Made by a program: the position numbers and the translations under genes. A stretch of 61,819 bases of DNA, filler included, from Dimorphilus gyrociliatus (taxonomy: Eukaryota; Animalia; Annelida): NCBI GenBank assembly GCA_904063045.1. It is 4 parts of 4 records of this genome, joined end to end, with 100 filler letters (N's around TTAATTAATTAA, not from the genome) between each part and the next. Parts side by side here need not be neighbours in the genome. Positions count along the whole stretch, not along the records: positions 1 to 18,358 come from CAJFCJ010000022.1; 3 more parts are not named here. One strand, written 5' to 3'. Below, one piece after another: positions 1 to 12,029 of this stretch (the first letter of the stretch is position 1; the number at the start of each line of letters is the position of its first letter). Below the pieces are notes generated by a model that was given only the letters and a program-made list of their open reading frames with translations, had not been told where the DNA came from and did not search any database.

Positions 1-143
1 TACCTAACCTTTTCTATTACCCCTAACCCTTAGAGGAGGCCCTCCTAAGTACATATCAGTTGCTGTCTTCTTCTTCCTAACCATTTCTCAATCCAAAATC
101 TAGTCTTGAAATTTCTCAGTTGTGGACGTTTTCTGTCCACCCC
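1..143. mobile_element. MULE-type MITE, right part (left end outside window)
   Basis: Ends in TIR GGACGTTTTCTGTCCACCCC at 124-143. The body matches the reverse complement of the TSD-flanked copy at 12569-12772. Confidence 0.85.
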
Positions 144-780
144 AAGAACTTTTAAACTTTTGTCCAATCCTTGAGCATTTTTCTTCCTTTAAATTTAAAT
201 CAATGAAATTGATATGCTTTAATGTATTAAAAGATAGGGAAAGCCCATTACAGGTATGAAATAATTCAATATCCTTATTCCTATTTCCTCCTAAGCTGAT
301 TGTTTCAATACCTAAAACAGAGTGCAAGAGCTGTTCAAATTTTCTGAAATCTTGGCCATTTACGCTCTATTCTTAAAATGAATTCTTATTAATTGGTCTG
401 TACATGATTTAAGCTTATTGGAATGTATTTTGGATGTGTATCATTAAATTTTATTTCTGAAACATCAATTGTTTTCTCCATGCTCTTGTCAATATTATTG
501 CTTTATCTGGTTGAATTTCATCATGTGCACAATCACGTCTATCTTCTGAGTGATAACTTTCATTTTTTATCTTGTAATTGATTTCTACAGTATATTTTTA
601 GAAATTTCTATATCCAGTTTTTTGATTCTCTGTAAAAGAAAGCTTTCCATGTTAGCTCTCCTTTTCAAAGCAGCATTCTAATATTCTTTTCTCTTTCATA
701 AACTTCTCTAAATTGGTTTCTCACCTTTTGAAATTCTTCTTGTAAATTTTTTGAAGTTTTCTATTCATAATCATCAATTT
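144..780 (-). pseudogene. Decayed RI-like LRR paralogue (TRIM-LRR family) with upstream coiled-coil-like segment
   Basis: ORF 100..327 (IETISLGGNRNKDIELFHTCNGLSLSFNTLKHINF) aligns by eye with the 57-aa repeat of the 16035-17744 protein. Upstream sequence has stops and frameshifts. Truncated by the MITE at 143. Confidence 0.6.
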
Positions 781-1075
781 TATTTTAAACTTTTCCCTTA
801 TTATTCCTCTCTCCAGCTTGGAAGCTTTCTATTATTGTTTGCCTTTTAAGCAAATTGCGCGTTCCTATTCTACACTGATGATAAAGTATCCTTCGCTGGC
901 CATTTTTAATAAATAAAAATGCATATGCCTATATATGACAGTATTAGTAATGTGCATTGATATTCCTAGCCTAAAAGTAAGAAGAGGAAACAGAATAAAT
1001 TTATTTTTTTATTTGCATTTAGAGTCTGCCCCAAGGCATAAGTGTTGAACTGGTATAAGATTGTACTTATTACCT

Positions 1076-1281
1076 GGGGCCGACAGAAAACGTCCTTAAA
1101 AGAGATTTTTGAAAGCAACATTTCAGATTGAAAAATGATTAGGAAAAGTAAAGTAGCTTTCGATTTATAGTGATGGGGTCCCATCTAAGGGTTAGGAGCA
1201 TTCAAAAAGGTTAAGGAGAGACAAGGGTTTGGTTTGGGTTAGTGTTAAACTATGCATTTAGGGACGTTTTCTGTCGTATCC
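1076..1281. mobile_element. MULE-type MITE, complete, 9-bp TSD
   Basis: TIRs GGGGCCGACAGAAAACGTCC and GGACGTTTTCTGTCGTATCC. Exact TSD TTATTACCT at 1067-1075 and 1282-1290. Confidence 0.9.
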
Positions 1282-1854
1282 TTATTACCTTTATAATATG
1301 TAATAAATAATAGTATTTATACTACGTTAAAAAATAATGGAACTGGCAGTCCATTATCCGTCTATTGATTACTTTTAGAAAATATGTTATAAAACTTGCT
1401 TACGTCTTGGTTAATTTGTTATAAACACTATATAAGCTGACTATCTAAATCACTATTATTGGCAAAGTCTTTATTGAACTTGGATCAATACTGACAATAA
1501 ACAATTAATGAACTCCATTTATGTGATAATCCTCTACAGTTGTAGATTTTACGATTATTGGCTTTTGAGAGTGGTTAAGTAAATAATTTATAAGTTAAAG
1601 GCTTAAGGAATCCTAACCCTTGCCTAAATAATTGTTGAAAGTCTATTTTTTTAAATATGAAATAAAAATTACCCACTCCTTGACCCATGAAAATGGGCCA
1701 TACACAGTTTATTTGTAAGTTATTATCCCTAGATAATATATTAACCTTGACAAATAATAGATAATAATCACTCAATAGTAGCAAAGTAATTAAAATGAAT
1801 ATACAGTATGTACTGAATCCTGCCATCTTAATTTTGGGCAGCTTTTATGGAAGC

Positions 1855-2680
1855 ATCCAAAAATATTCGTGCCATGAATATATATTGAGTAAAATGAGCT
1901 TCTAGATCTAAAAAAAGCAAGTTTAGACAACAAGCTGACATTTAGAGAACTGAACTATCAATTGTTGATTTCATAGGGTTTATACACTCTTAAAATGGTT
2001 GAACAATCAAGAAAACATTCTTTCTGAAATTGAATATTTGTTCATTCTTGTATTCTACTTTAATAATGTTTATTTATTGCTTAAATTAAATAATTAAGTA
2101 TCACCGAATAAGAGGGCAGCAAGTTTGATTATTGCATGTTATGTGAAATAGTATTGTGTACATAATGCTAATTTTTAGCAAATAAAAGCTGAAACTCAGG
2201 CCAGAAGCATATTTGACTTTCGATTGAACTAATTTTAATTTGAATTAATAAATCTATATATTAATCAACTATATTATTTGAGTTAAGTTGTAAAAAACAG
2301 TATTTGACTATAAATTGAAATAGAATATTTGCAGTTAAAAAGATCTACTTATTTGTACTTTGTTGTATTGTAATTGTAGGAATTTCTGATTCGTTACAAC
2401 TGTAATCTTCCTTTCCAATCATTTACCAATTTGCCAAAGTACTCACACAAATAGAACCTTTCAAGTTCATCCACAAATAGTAAAAAAATTTAATTTTGGT
2501 AAAAATTAATCAACAAAACACTAGTATTTCGTCCAAGGAATATGTATTGAGTAAAGTGAGCTTCTAGTTCTAAACAAGCTAGTATAAACAACTAGCTGAC
2601 GGTTAGAAAACTGAACTATCAATTGTTATTTTCGTAGGGTTTCTATACTCTTTTAAGGGTTGATAGTTCACAAATTTCAA
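1855..2680 (-). repeat. Two tandem reverse-orientation copies of dispersed repeat module B
   Basis: ~1855-2000 and ~2340-2680 are reverse-complement matches to ~30940-31260, 43215-43530 and 56820-57110. Confidence 0.7.
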
Positions 2681-3796
2681 TGTTCACAAAAGCAGAAGTA
2701 ACATTTTAAGACAAAGAAAAGTTGTAAATAAGCTCTTGTTTTTATTGTTTTTCCTCTTCTAAATAATGGTTGAATATCAAAGGTTGGAGAGTTGCAAGAT
2801 GTACCAATTTTAATAGGACAAGTCCAACAATGAAGAAAACATGTAGATTGTATATTTGACCGTTTTTTATATTCTACTTTAATAATGATAATCAATTGAA
2901 TTAGTAGGTTTAGCATCAGTATGTAAGGAGGAAGAATATCTGATTAATGCATGTTAAAAAGAACAGTATTGTGTATACAATACTGTTGAATAGTCAATAT
3001 AATCTAAACTTAGAATTGAAGTATAATTGATAATTAATTAAACTAGTTTTAGTTCAAAATCATAAATGTGATTTACCAAAATTATCGTTACGTTAAGATC
3101 GCTACGTTTTATATAGTTTAAAATCAACTGCTTTTCTTACCCCCATTATCATGTACTTTGTGTACGTGTTACTTATAATTACTGCCGTATTACCAGTATA
3201 GACTTTAATTCTAAAGCTGTATTGCTAAGTCATTGACATAGCGACGACTTTGTCCGCAAGCCCTCAACGACTACAAATGTATAGATTAATAAATTTTAAT
3301 ATTAATGCTGGGTTGCAAATAGCAATATTCTGTCTATAATTTAATGGGTTTTATTGCCGCGCATTGTATATGCACTGCCCTTCGCGAAACTAGGTCAATA
3401 CTGCTTATCTCTGTCAGTGCTCTCTGTTCGGTACACTACTGGTTCAATACTACTTATCTATTGTAGAGTATAGCTGACGAATGTATGTGCACAACAATGT
3501 ACAGCTTGAAAGTAAGGCTATATTCTTTATTTTTATCAGAGCAAATACTAAACTAAAGTTTCTTATAATTTTTTTATCTTGTGTTCAAAACAAGCAAAAA
3601 TTCCCCTAGCTACATTAAAAGCAGCGTATTGATCAAATCTCCAATATTGTTCTTGGATAATTCTATTCTCCCCTAGTGAGTCAGATTTTAGTTGCTATTT
3701 ACATTTTTACTATTCTTTTCAAAAACAGTTGACCATATTTTTACTCTTTAACGTTTTATATATGTTACTTTTGCGGTTTTTTGGCAGATAGAGCAA

Positions 3797-5435
3797 ATGG
3801 AAGAGATAAGAATTTCCATTGGAAATTATACACAAAAAATTCCAGGTATTTTCCAGAGAGAAAAAATGAAAGTGTTTTTGAAGTCTTGCAACAAAACATT
3901 TGTTCGAAGCTTTTCAAATATTCTTTTGGTTTCTGCAATAGGCCTCAGTGTGTCTTCGAGTTTATATTCTATGATATACATTTCATCCTTGGATTACAAA
4001 CAGATACTTGGATTTTATCAAATATTGAATAATGAATTAAAACCAATTGATATCAATAGAAAGCTATCAATGTTTGAAAATTTAACGAAAATTGAACAAC
4101 TTAAAAATGCTGACAAAGAGATTTGTGTAAAAACGAAATTTCATAGATTGTGAGTACTAAATATGATAAAAAAAATGTTAAAATTGATTAATAAATCAAA
4201 GCTTATACATAACAGATCTTTTGAGAGTAATAATCTGTTTACAGCACAAGGCTACGTAATTTTATGGATTGTAATTTGTAATCTGTTTGCTCTATTGACA
4301 TTTCAAAAACCATTTCAAAACTTTAATACAATGCTGATAGGACAATATTCAATATGTACCCAATTTTGTATTAATGCTCTATTTTATCTAATCCAGAGAT
4401 TTTACATAATCGATCATTCAATTGGCAATTTAAAAATCTGTTCAACAAATCTGGTAAAAGAAAGGTAACTGACATCAATTTTTATTATTTAATCTTTTTG
4501 TGAAAAGAAGATTGTAATTTTTTTTATTTTCCAGATATTGTTACAAAAATTTTCATGATTTATTGTTCTATTCATTCTGCTTGAATTTAATAACATCAGG
4601 TTTTTCTGCTCATGTTTTGTTTATATTGGAAATGCTGAAAGAAAGAATTTCTTTTAACTGTATACAAACATTAAAGGATACATGGCAACAAAAATTTATA
4701 CCAAGAAAGGTAGTCGATGCAGAAATCTATCTTATTGTTTTTACTACCATATTTTGTGGAATTTCTCTCTTTGCACTAATTTACAATATGGATTACAAAG
4801 AAATATTGGAATTTCAGCAGCTAAATGGTCAACATTCTTTCAAACCTCTAGCAACAAATACTAGTTTATCAGTCATTGAAAATTTTCACATTATTGAAAA
4901 TATGACAGATGCTGATAAGAATATTTGCTTAGTAACCAGATTTCACAAATTGTAAGTTTTTTATTTTTTTTTCTATTCAGCAACTCATTAAAACATTTCT
5001 TCAGACCTTTTCAATATGACATAATGATGTATGCACCATTGTTGTTTAGTGTTATGATTTTGAGTTATGATTTTTTCATTATGAAATTTAAATATCAAAA
5101 TATTACAATGGATATCAGATGTTTTACAAAAGTTGTTGATTACGGATTATGTTTTAATTCAATTCTTATATTTTTCTTCATTTTCTATTTCAACATTAAG
5201 CAATATGAAGAATCTATTGGAAAATTAAAATTTTGTCCTCTGGATTATGAGAAACAAGGGTAAGATTTTTCTCTCTTTTGATAAAATATACAAAATTGTA
5301 TTTTCTACTTTTTTCAGATCTGTAACAGTGAATTTTAAAAATTGGATTATATATTTTCTTGGTTTTTATGCCACACAGAATGGTTTACATTTATATATTT
5401 TTAAAGACAGTCACCTGACAATTTTATTAGCTTGA
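3797..5435 (+). CDS. Multi-exon polytopic membrane protein of unknown family, two internal ~4-TM repeats
   Basis: GT donors near 4150, 4465, 4952 and 5259, with AG acceptors. Repeat halves share motifs: DYKQILGFYQ..NADKEICVKTKFHRL vs DYKEILEFQQ..DADKNICLVTRFHKL, and GNLKIC vs GKLKFC. Several hydrophobic segments. Confidence 0.6.
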
Positions 5436-6030
5436 ATATGAAATTTTGTCAGAAATTTTTTAACATAATATAAACAATGATTTGACAATTAGGGAAATGA
5501 ACCAACAACATGCATTATATGTCTTCTTTATGGTGTGATAACTGAAGCATTTGATTAATTGAGAATACAAGATCTTTATATTTGATCAATTGTTTTGAAC
5601 ATTATCCATATTTTGTTATTATTGTTGTGTTGCAAACTACTGGAGCTGCTTTTGATTTCTGTACAAGTAATGAGTGTTGTTAGATTACTCATCCCTGCAC
5701 TACGTGTTCTGAATGTTTTTAAATTTGATATCAAGTCTCTGACAGTATTGTTTTTAGAATGGAAAAAATCAATTATTTAACTAATAGAACTTGCTCAATT
5801 ATCATTTGTTCTTTTAGAATAAAGGATATGACATTTATACAACCAAATTTATAGATAGGATTTAAAAAATTTTTTTTTTACTCTACAGTTATTTTTAATT
5901 ATAAATTTTCAATAAAACGGAGGAAAGCAGTTCTGTCTTGTTCCCTTTTTTTTGCAAAATCTTAGATAATACACAGACTGAAACCCAATTAAAATTTTTT
6001 ATGACATTATCTTACTAGTGTTGGACAATC

Positions 6031-6077
6031 CTTGAAATGACTCAATCTTGAAATGACTCAATCTTGAAATGACTCAT
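6031..6077. repeat. 3x 16-bp tandem repeat, each unit containing TGACTCA
   Basis: CTTGAAATGACTCAAT x3 (last unit partial). TGACTCA at 6038, 6054 and 6070. Confidence 0.9.
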
Positions 6078-6699
6078 TTATACTGTTTTAATTCTCAATT
6101 GCATAATTTAGCTTAGCAGAAGCAAAGATCACTATCTTAAATACATAGTCTAAGAGCGCAGTAATGCTTATCATAGGAAATGACTAAATTAATATATAAC
6201 AACAATTTATTCTAAGGGGGGTTGAATTGTGTATTGAACATTTTTTTTGTGATCAGAATATCTCTTATAAAATCTTTTAAGGCAATGATATCCTTTTCAA
6301 TTGCACTTTTCTTATTCTCATAATAATTTGTTGTTGAAAGATAATACATTTTCTTGTTATTTTTCAATTTCTTTGTTTTTTTTAATGAAGAAAATAATTA
6401 CACAATCATCTCTAACATTACTAATAGATTTATTAACAAAATTTCATTGTTTACCTCTACTGTTACAAAATCCTTTCCAATTTTGCCATTAAATGAAAAT
6501 TTGTGTAGATGTGTAGAATAGATTGCAAAAGTAATTGATTTAATACAATAAAAGTATTGATATGTTAAAAAGAATTCTCTATTAAAGTTTAAATTTTCGA
6601 TAATAATGCTTTCATTGAATGGAAATATTGAAAAATTTTTTAAATTTTTGAATACATTCAAAACTAAAAAGAAAAAATCAAGAAAAAACAAATCTTTTC

Positions 6700-8977
6700 T
6701 AATTTTTAAAAACTTACATGATGCTGTTACTTCATTTTTTGTACTAGTTATTAAATCCTCTTTTTCTTTAATTTTCTTATACTTTTGCCGTATAAGATAC
6801 TTTTTCCATTCCCCAATTGAAAATAGTAATGGAATTACTAGGTAAATAATGCTAGTAAAAATAATTAATATGATAAATTTTCCTATTAAAAACAATTTGA
6901 AATTGAAGATTTTTGCTAAAATATCTAAAATTTTGAATTGTTTAATGAAATTATAATAAATTATAATAATAATTCATATCGGCAATTGTTATTAAAAACC
7001 AAAATAAACTATTTATTATTGTAAAGAGAATGATTGGACTTGGTAAATGTTGTTGTCTGTTTGAAATCTTTCGAAAGTCAGAAGATAGAGCTGATTTGTG
7101 CAGATGTATCATTGTGACAATATAAACACCAAGAACTATCATATTTTCTCCAAAAATTACAATATTGAATTGTATAATTGTAAAAGGAGAATCACTAAAT
7201 ATTAGTGGAAAACATGCTGGAATTCTTCCCTGATTCTATGGTGATAATGCAGAGTGAATTATTTATAACTAAATTTTTTTTTATTTATATAATTTGAAGA
7301 CAAACATTATCAAAAAAATATGGTAATAATGCAATTATAATTGAAAATATCAACATTAAAATTGCCAAAGCATAAATATGGTATTTATTTAGAATTTTCT
7401 TTAATGGACGAATAATGATAAAGCAAATATCTAAACTTATTAACGTTGAAAATCCTGATGTAATCAGTAATAATAAAGTTACTATTATTCCTAAAATTTC
7501 ACACATGACACTTTTTCCCAAAATGATTTATATTTATAATATAAATTTCCATAATTGAAATCTTGAAAAACTATAATTAATAAATATCCAGAAAATAAAA
7601 TGTATCCAAAAGTTAAACAAATAGTAAAAATCTGTGAAGGCCTACTAAAAGTCAACAATCTAAATGTTAGAAGTAGAATACTTCCAATAAAACCAACTAC
7701 TCCTTGACCTGCTAAAATGAACTGTATCATTTGATTGAAGAGTAATCTATTACAATTATGGTAGACTGATTCTTTTGGAAAACAAATAACTTTTGATGGT
7801 TTATTATTAAATGCGCAACAAATATCTAAATATTTGTTAAATAATTTCTGTATTTTTGGAATTTTTAAGAATATATTAAATTTATTTTCATAAGGATATA
7901 AAGTATTATTTAAATGTAATATTTTCAAATTTAAAAGTCTAGAAAAAGTACTTTTACTGATTGAAGATATTGAGCAGTATGCTATTTTTAAAATTTGAAG
8001 TTTCTGTAAATGTTTAAATGTGTTCTTAGATAAAATTGATATTTTTGTTCTTGATATGTCAAGATCAACAAGAAGTGGAAACTTTTTAAAAGATATATCC
8101 TTTAAATCTTTTAAAGGATTGTGACTTATATCAAGAATTTGAAGAAGTTTAATCGTACTTATTACTTTCAAATTGCGAAGATTGTTTTTTCTAAGATTTA
8201 AATGAATAGCATTGTTAATTGTAATTTTTTCAATTTGGCTGAAATTGCAACTTTCCATGTCTAATTTACGAATTCTTATAGAACTCAACGATCCAATAAT
8301 ATTTTTAAAATTATCAAGCCGAACTATTTCTTTAGAAATAATGATTTCTCTTAAATCTTTGAAATTAAAGTTACTTTTCAACAATTGTCCATCACATTCC
8401 ACTGAACTATACACGGAACATGTACAATTGGTCGGACATAGAGTACTGTGCAGAGTAGGACAATTTAATTCGTCACTTCCCTCTCTACAATCCACAATTT
8501 TGTTACAAATTTTAAAAGTTTCAATCATTTTCCTTTCATTTTTACATTTAAAATAATTGGAAAGAAAAAAATTGTCCAAATGTTTGTTTATAAAAAAAGT
8601 TTAGTATTTTAAAAATATTGAGAATAGAACTAATTTTTACCATAATTAATCTCATCATCTCCATACCAACAATGACTCTTTCCATCACAAATTTGAGCAA
8701 CTGATATGCAATAAGAAATAAATTTGCACTTATATTCACCTGCTCCACATTCAATATTCATACAATTTTCAAGATCCAGAAAAGGAGAATGAATTCTATT
8801 CCTTAAATTTCCCATGGTATCGTAAATTAATTTACATTGTGAAGGATAAATATTTCTCAACAGTCCTTTTGGATTGGATGACTGATATCCACTTCTTTTC
8901 AAATATTTCCAAGATGTTTTATTAAAGAAATTTGAACAGGCTTTTATAGTGTAGAAATAAGTTTGCTTTTCAGTCAT
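6700..8977 (-). pseudogene. GRL101-like LDLa-LRR-7TM GPCR, frameshifted (pseudogene or assembly error)
   Basis: LDLa motifs (YCISVAQICDGKSHCWYGDDE; ICNKIVDCREGSDELNC), an LRR block and a Cys flank (ICC...CFP...CNRLL). TM segments in ORFs 7491..8579, 7285..7521 and 6951..7142. Frameshift near 7515. Confidence 0.75.
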
Positions 8978-9663
8978 AAAATGCTTGGAAAAGTCAGGAA
9001 CTCTAATAAAAAAGTATAGACAAATAATTCCAGCTTAAAATCTATTAGTTAAAATTCAAAATGAAAAAGATTCGGCCTACAATGTTAATAATAAAAACGG
9101 CTTTGAAAAAGTGTTTTGATAGAAAATTATACTGTGGAAGAGACAGCTGAGTGGATGATGAAGGATTGGATCTGGGAATAGAAGCGAAGGTGCATTGAAA
9201 TGATCTGTTGCATTAAAGAGCTACTCATTCTCTGATAAACAGACGTTTTGTCCGACAAATGAAAATTCATGTCATTTAATACAGTAGACTATAAGGCTAA
9301 TTTAAAACAATTAACAAAACCCACCAACTACTTCTAATGACAAAGAAAAGATACCCTGTTTTATTTGCGTCTACTCCCACTGTACTGTACTAACTGTGAT
9401 CGTTTTATTCTAAATTTGATTATATTTTCACTTATAGATACCTCAATGCTTGTGTTATTGATTTACATGAAGATATTGGATCGAATATTCTGTGAAAAAT
9501 AAATGACTAAAGCATTTTTAAAAAAAATTACAACTTCCTGACAATATTGATATCTATACAAGCAAAAACTTCTTCACTGACATCTATTTTTAATCTATGT
9601 TTAAAAATATGTAAATGAATGGGTTGCAAGAACATTAGTTATTTAGAAAATAGAAAACCTACT

Positions 9664-10363
9664 NNNNNNNNNNNNNNNNNNNNNNNNNNNNNNNNNNNNN
9701 NNNNNNNNNNNNNNNNNNNNNNNNNNNNNNNNNNNNNNNNNNNNNNNNNNNNNNNNNNNNNNNNNNNNNNNNNNNNNNNNNNNNNNNNNNNNNNNNNNNN
9801 NNNNNNNNNNNNNNNNNNNNNNNNNNNNNNNNNNNNNNNNNNNNNNNNNNNNNNNNNNNNNNNNNNNNNNNNNNNNNNNNNNNNNNNNNNNNNNNNNNNN
9901 NNNNNNNNNNNNNNNNNNNNNNNNNNNNNNNNNNNNNNNNNNNNNNNNNNNNNNNNNNNNNNNNNNNNNNNNNNNNNNNNNNNNNNNNNNNNNNNNNNNN
10001 NNNNNNNNNNNNNNNNNNNNNNNNNNNNNNNNNNNNNNNNNNNNNNNNNNNNNNNNNNNNNNNNNNNNNNNNNNNNNNNNNNNNNNNNNNNNNNNNNNNN
10101 NNNNNNNNNNNNNNNNNNNNNNNNNNNNNNNNNNNNNNNNNNNNNNNNNNNNNNNNNNNNNNNNNNNNNNNNNNNNNNNNNNNNNNNNNNNNNNNNNNNN
10201 NNNNNNNNNNNNNNNNNNNNNNNNNNNNNNNNNNNNNNNNNNNNNNNNNNNNNNNNNNNNNNNNNNNNNNNNNNNNNNNNNNNNNNNNNNNNNNNNNNNN
10301 NNNNNNNNNNNNNNNNNNNNNNNNNNNNNNNNNNNNNNNNNNNNNNNNNNNNNNNNNNNNNNN
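9664..10363. other. Assembly gap (700 N)
   Basis: Run of N. Confidence 1.
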
Positions 10364-10417
10364 CTAAAACTTTTAAACATCTCTTAATGAAAATTCTTTA
10401 TTTTGACATTAAACTTT

Positions 10418-10660
10418 CTATTCGGAAAAGAGATATATCTTTATGAAAATAAAACATGCAACGAATATAAATAACAATGAACAACAACAACAACCAACTT
10501 TAGTATATCTCTTAACAATGGTGGATGGTGGTGTATTTTCAACTCTTCTTTCATTTTCAAAATTACTTGCATAGTTAAAAGTAACGACTGGTTCTCTAAC
10601 ACCAACACTTCTAACAACTTCGTACTGTGTGAGAGAAATGGAACATAAAGATACTTCCAC
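10418..10660 (-). CDS. Possible exon with Cys cluster and hydrophobic TM segment
   Basis: KVGCCCCSLLFIFVACFIFIKI. No family recognised; lies next to a gap. Confidence 0.25.
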   Translation of the reverse strand: MEVSLCSISLTQYEVVRSVGVREPVVTFNYASNFENERRVENTPPSTIVKRYTKVGCCCCSLLFIFVACFIFIKIYLFSE

Positions 10661-11249
10661 TGTTTAGTAGTAACGTGATTAGCATCTTTATTATGTTTTT
10701 CTTTTATTCATCATCAATCCTCGTCATAGTTAACATGGATTTTTTTTGCATAAATTTTTATGATTAAAGATATTTTATTTTTACCTCACACATTTGATTT
10801 TTATCCATTTTCGATTATCATAGGAAAGCAAACAGCCAGGATGTCTTCAGTATATATCTATACAAACAGATTTACAAACTAGGAAATCAGAAAAATAATT
10901 TTCTCTCAATTTGTCCACTAGGGGGACAAAGTCCTTGTTCGCTAGCTGTACTAACTCCCAAAGCGGAATTATTGATTTCTTGGCAGATATCTTTTTTTTC
11001 AGAATTTATAGATAAATATATTTTCTACCAGTTTTTATATATTTTTGTGTGAAATTTCACATTACTAGATGCAGTTTATGAAATAATATGTATACTTTCT
11101 TTGGTTTAGAAACAATAACACATGCTTAATTAATATTCAAAGGAAAAATCTTCAGTTATAATCATGCTTTACAAATTAGTTTATAGATGTAAAGTGGTGG
11201 AATTTAAAGGTATGTTCTGTCTAAAACTTTGTTTAAAAAATAAAACATG

Positions 11250-12016
11250 AGCAGTCAAAATTGGTGGTTATGAATTTAAAAGGAACGAATAGAGTAATAA
11301 ATCCTAAAAGTTTTGATATCCATATCTGTTGTATTGAAATTTATTACAAACTTTTCCCTTTTGACTTGTTGCTAAACTACCTTTCTTTTACTAAATTTGT
11401 TGAACAGAATTTAACTTTTCCAACCGATTTATCCATTATGTAAAATCTTTGAGTAAGATAAAATAGAATGTTGATTAGAAATCGAGTACAAGTGTTTTCC
11501 AATCTTTAACATTTTTAATGTATTTTTAATCATCAATGCGGCTAGAAGACTCAAATTTACTAACCAAAGAATAATGGAAGCTTGGATTGTAAAAGACACT
11601 AATCTGATAAACTCTGGTTTGTGTAAGACTTTTTAAAGAGTTACATAATAGCGCTGTCATTTTATATTACTCATAATTTATGAAATTTTGTCATTAAACA
11701 AAATCTCTTGTCACCATTTTCATTCAAGTTTCTTTAAATTTTTTACCATTGATATTTTATGATTTATACGAATTGATTTTAATTGATTGTCCATCATTTG
11801 ATAAAATCCTATTATCTCCCTATAATCTATAGATGAAAGGTAAATCATTGAATAAAGACTCAAAAACACTCCGAGAGCTATTGAAGAAAATAAGAAAATA
11901 TATGCAAGTTTTTGTAGTAATAATTTCATGATAAGAGAGAGAAAGGAAAACAAGACAAAACTTTTACTTGGTTCAGCAATGAAAAGTCCAGTGATTTCAA
12001 TACTTCCTACTACCAT
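11250..12016 (-). pseudogene. Inverted, decayed paralogue of the first repeat of the 3797-5435 membrane protein
   Basis: YSMIYLSSIDYREIIGFYQ, frameshifted GDKRFCLMTKFHKL, YLTQRFYIMDKSVGKVKFCSTNLVKE and YGYQNF*DLLLYSF match three exons of the + strand gene. One donor is mutated GT to AT. Confidence 0.75.
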
Positions 12017-12029
12017 TCTGTTACTGGTA

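Noticed and set aside
3152-3503. Possible solo LTR (TGTAC...GTACA, CpG-richer, 11-nt match to the gypsy LTR)
   Set aside because: No TSD, no second copy in the window, and the match is too short.
9619-10446. Long ORFs 9619..10446 and 9643..10380
   Set aside because: They are open only because they run through the 700-N gap.
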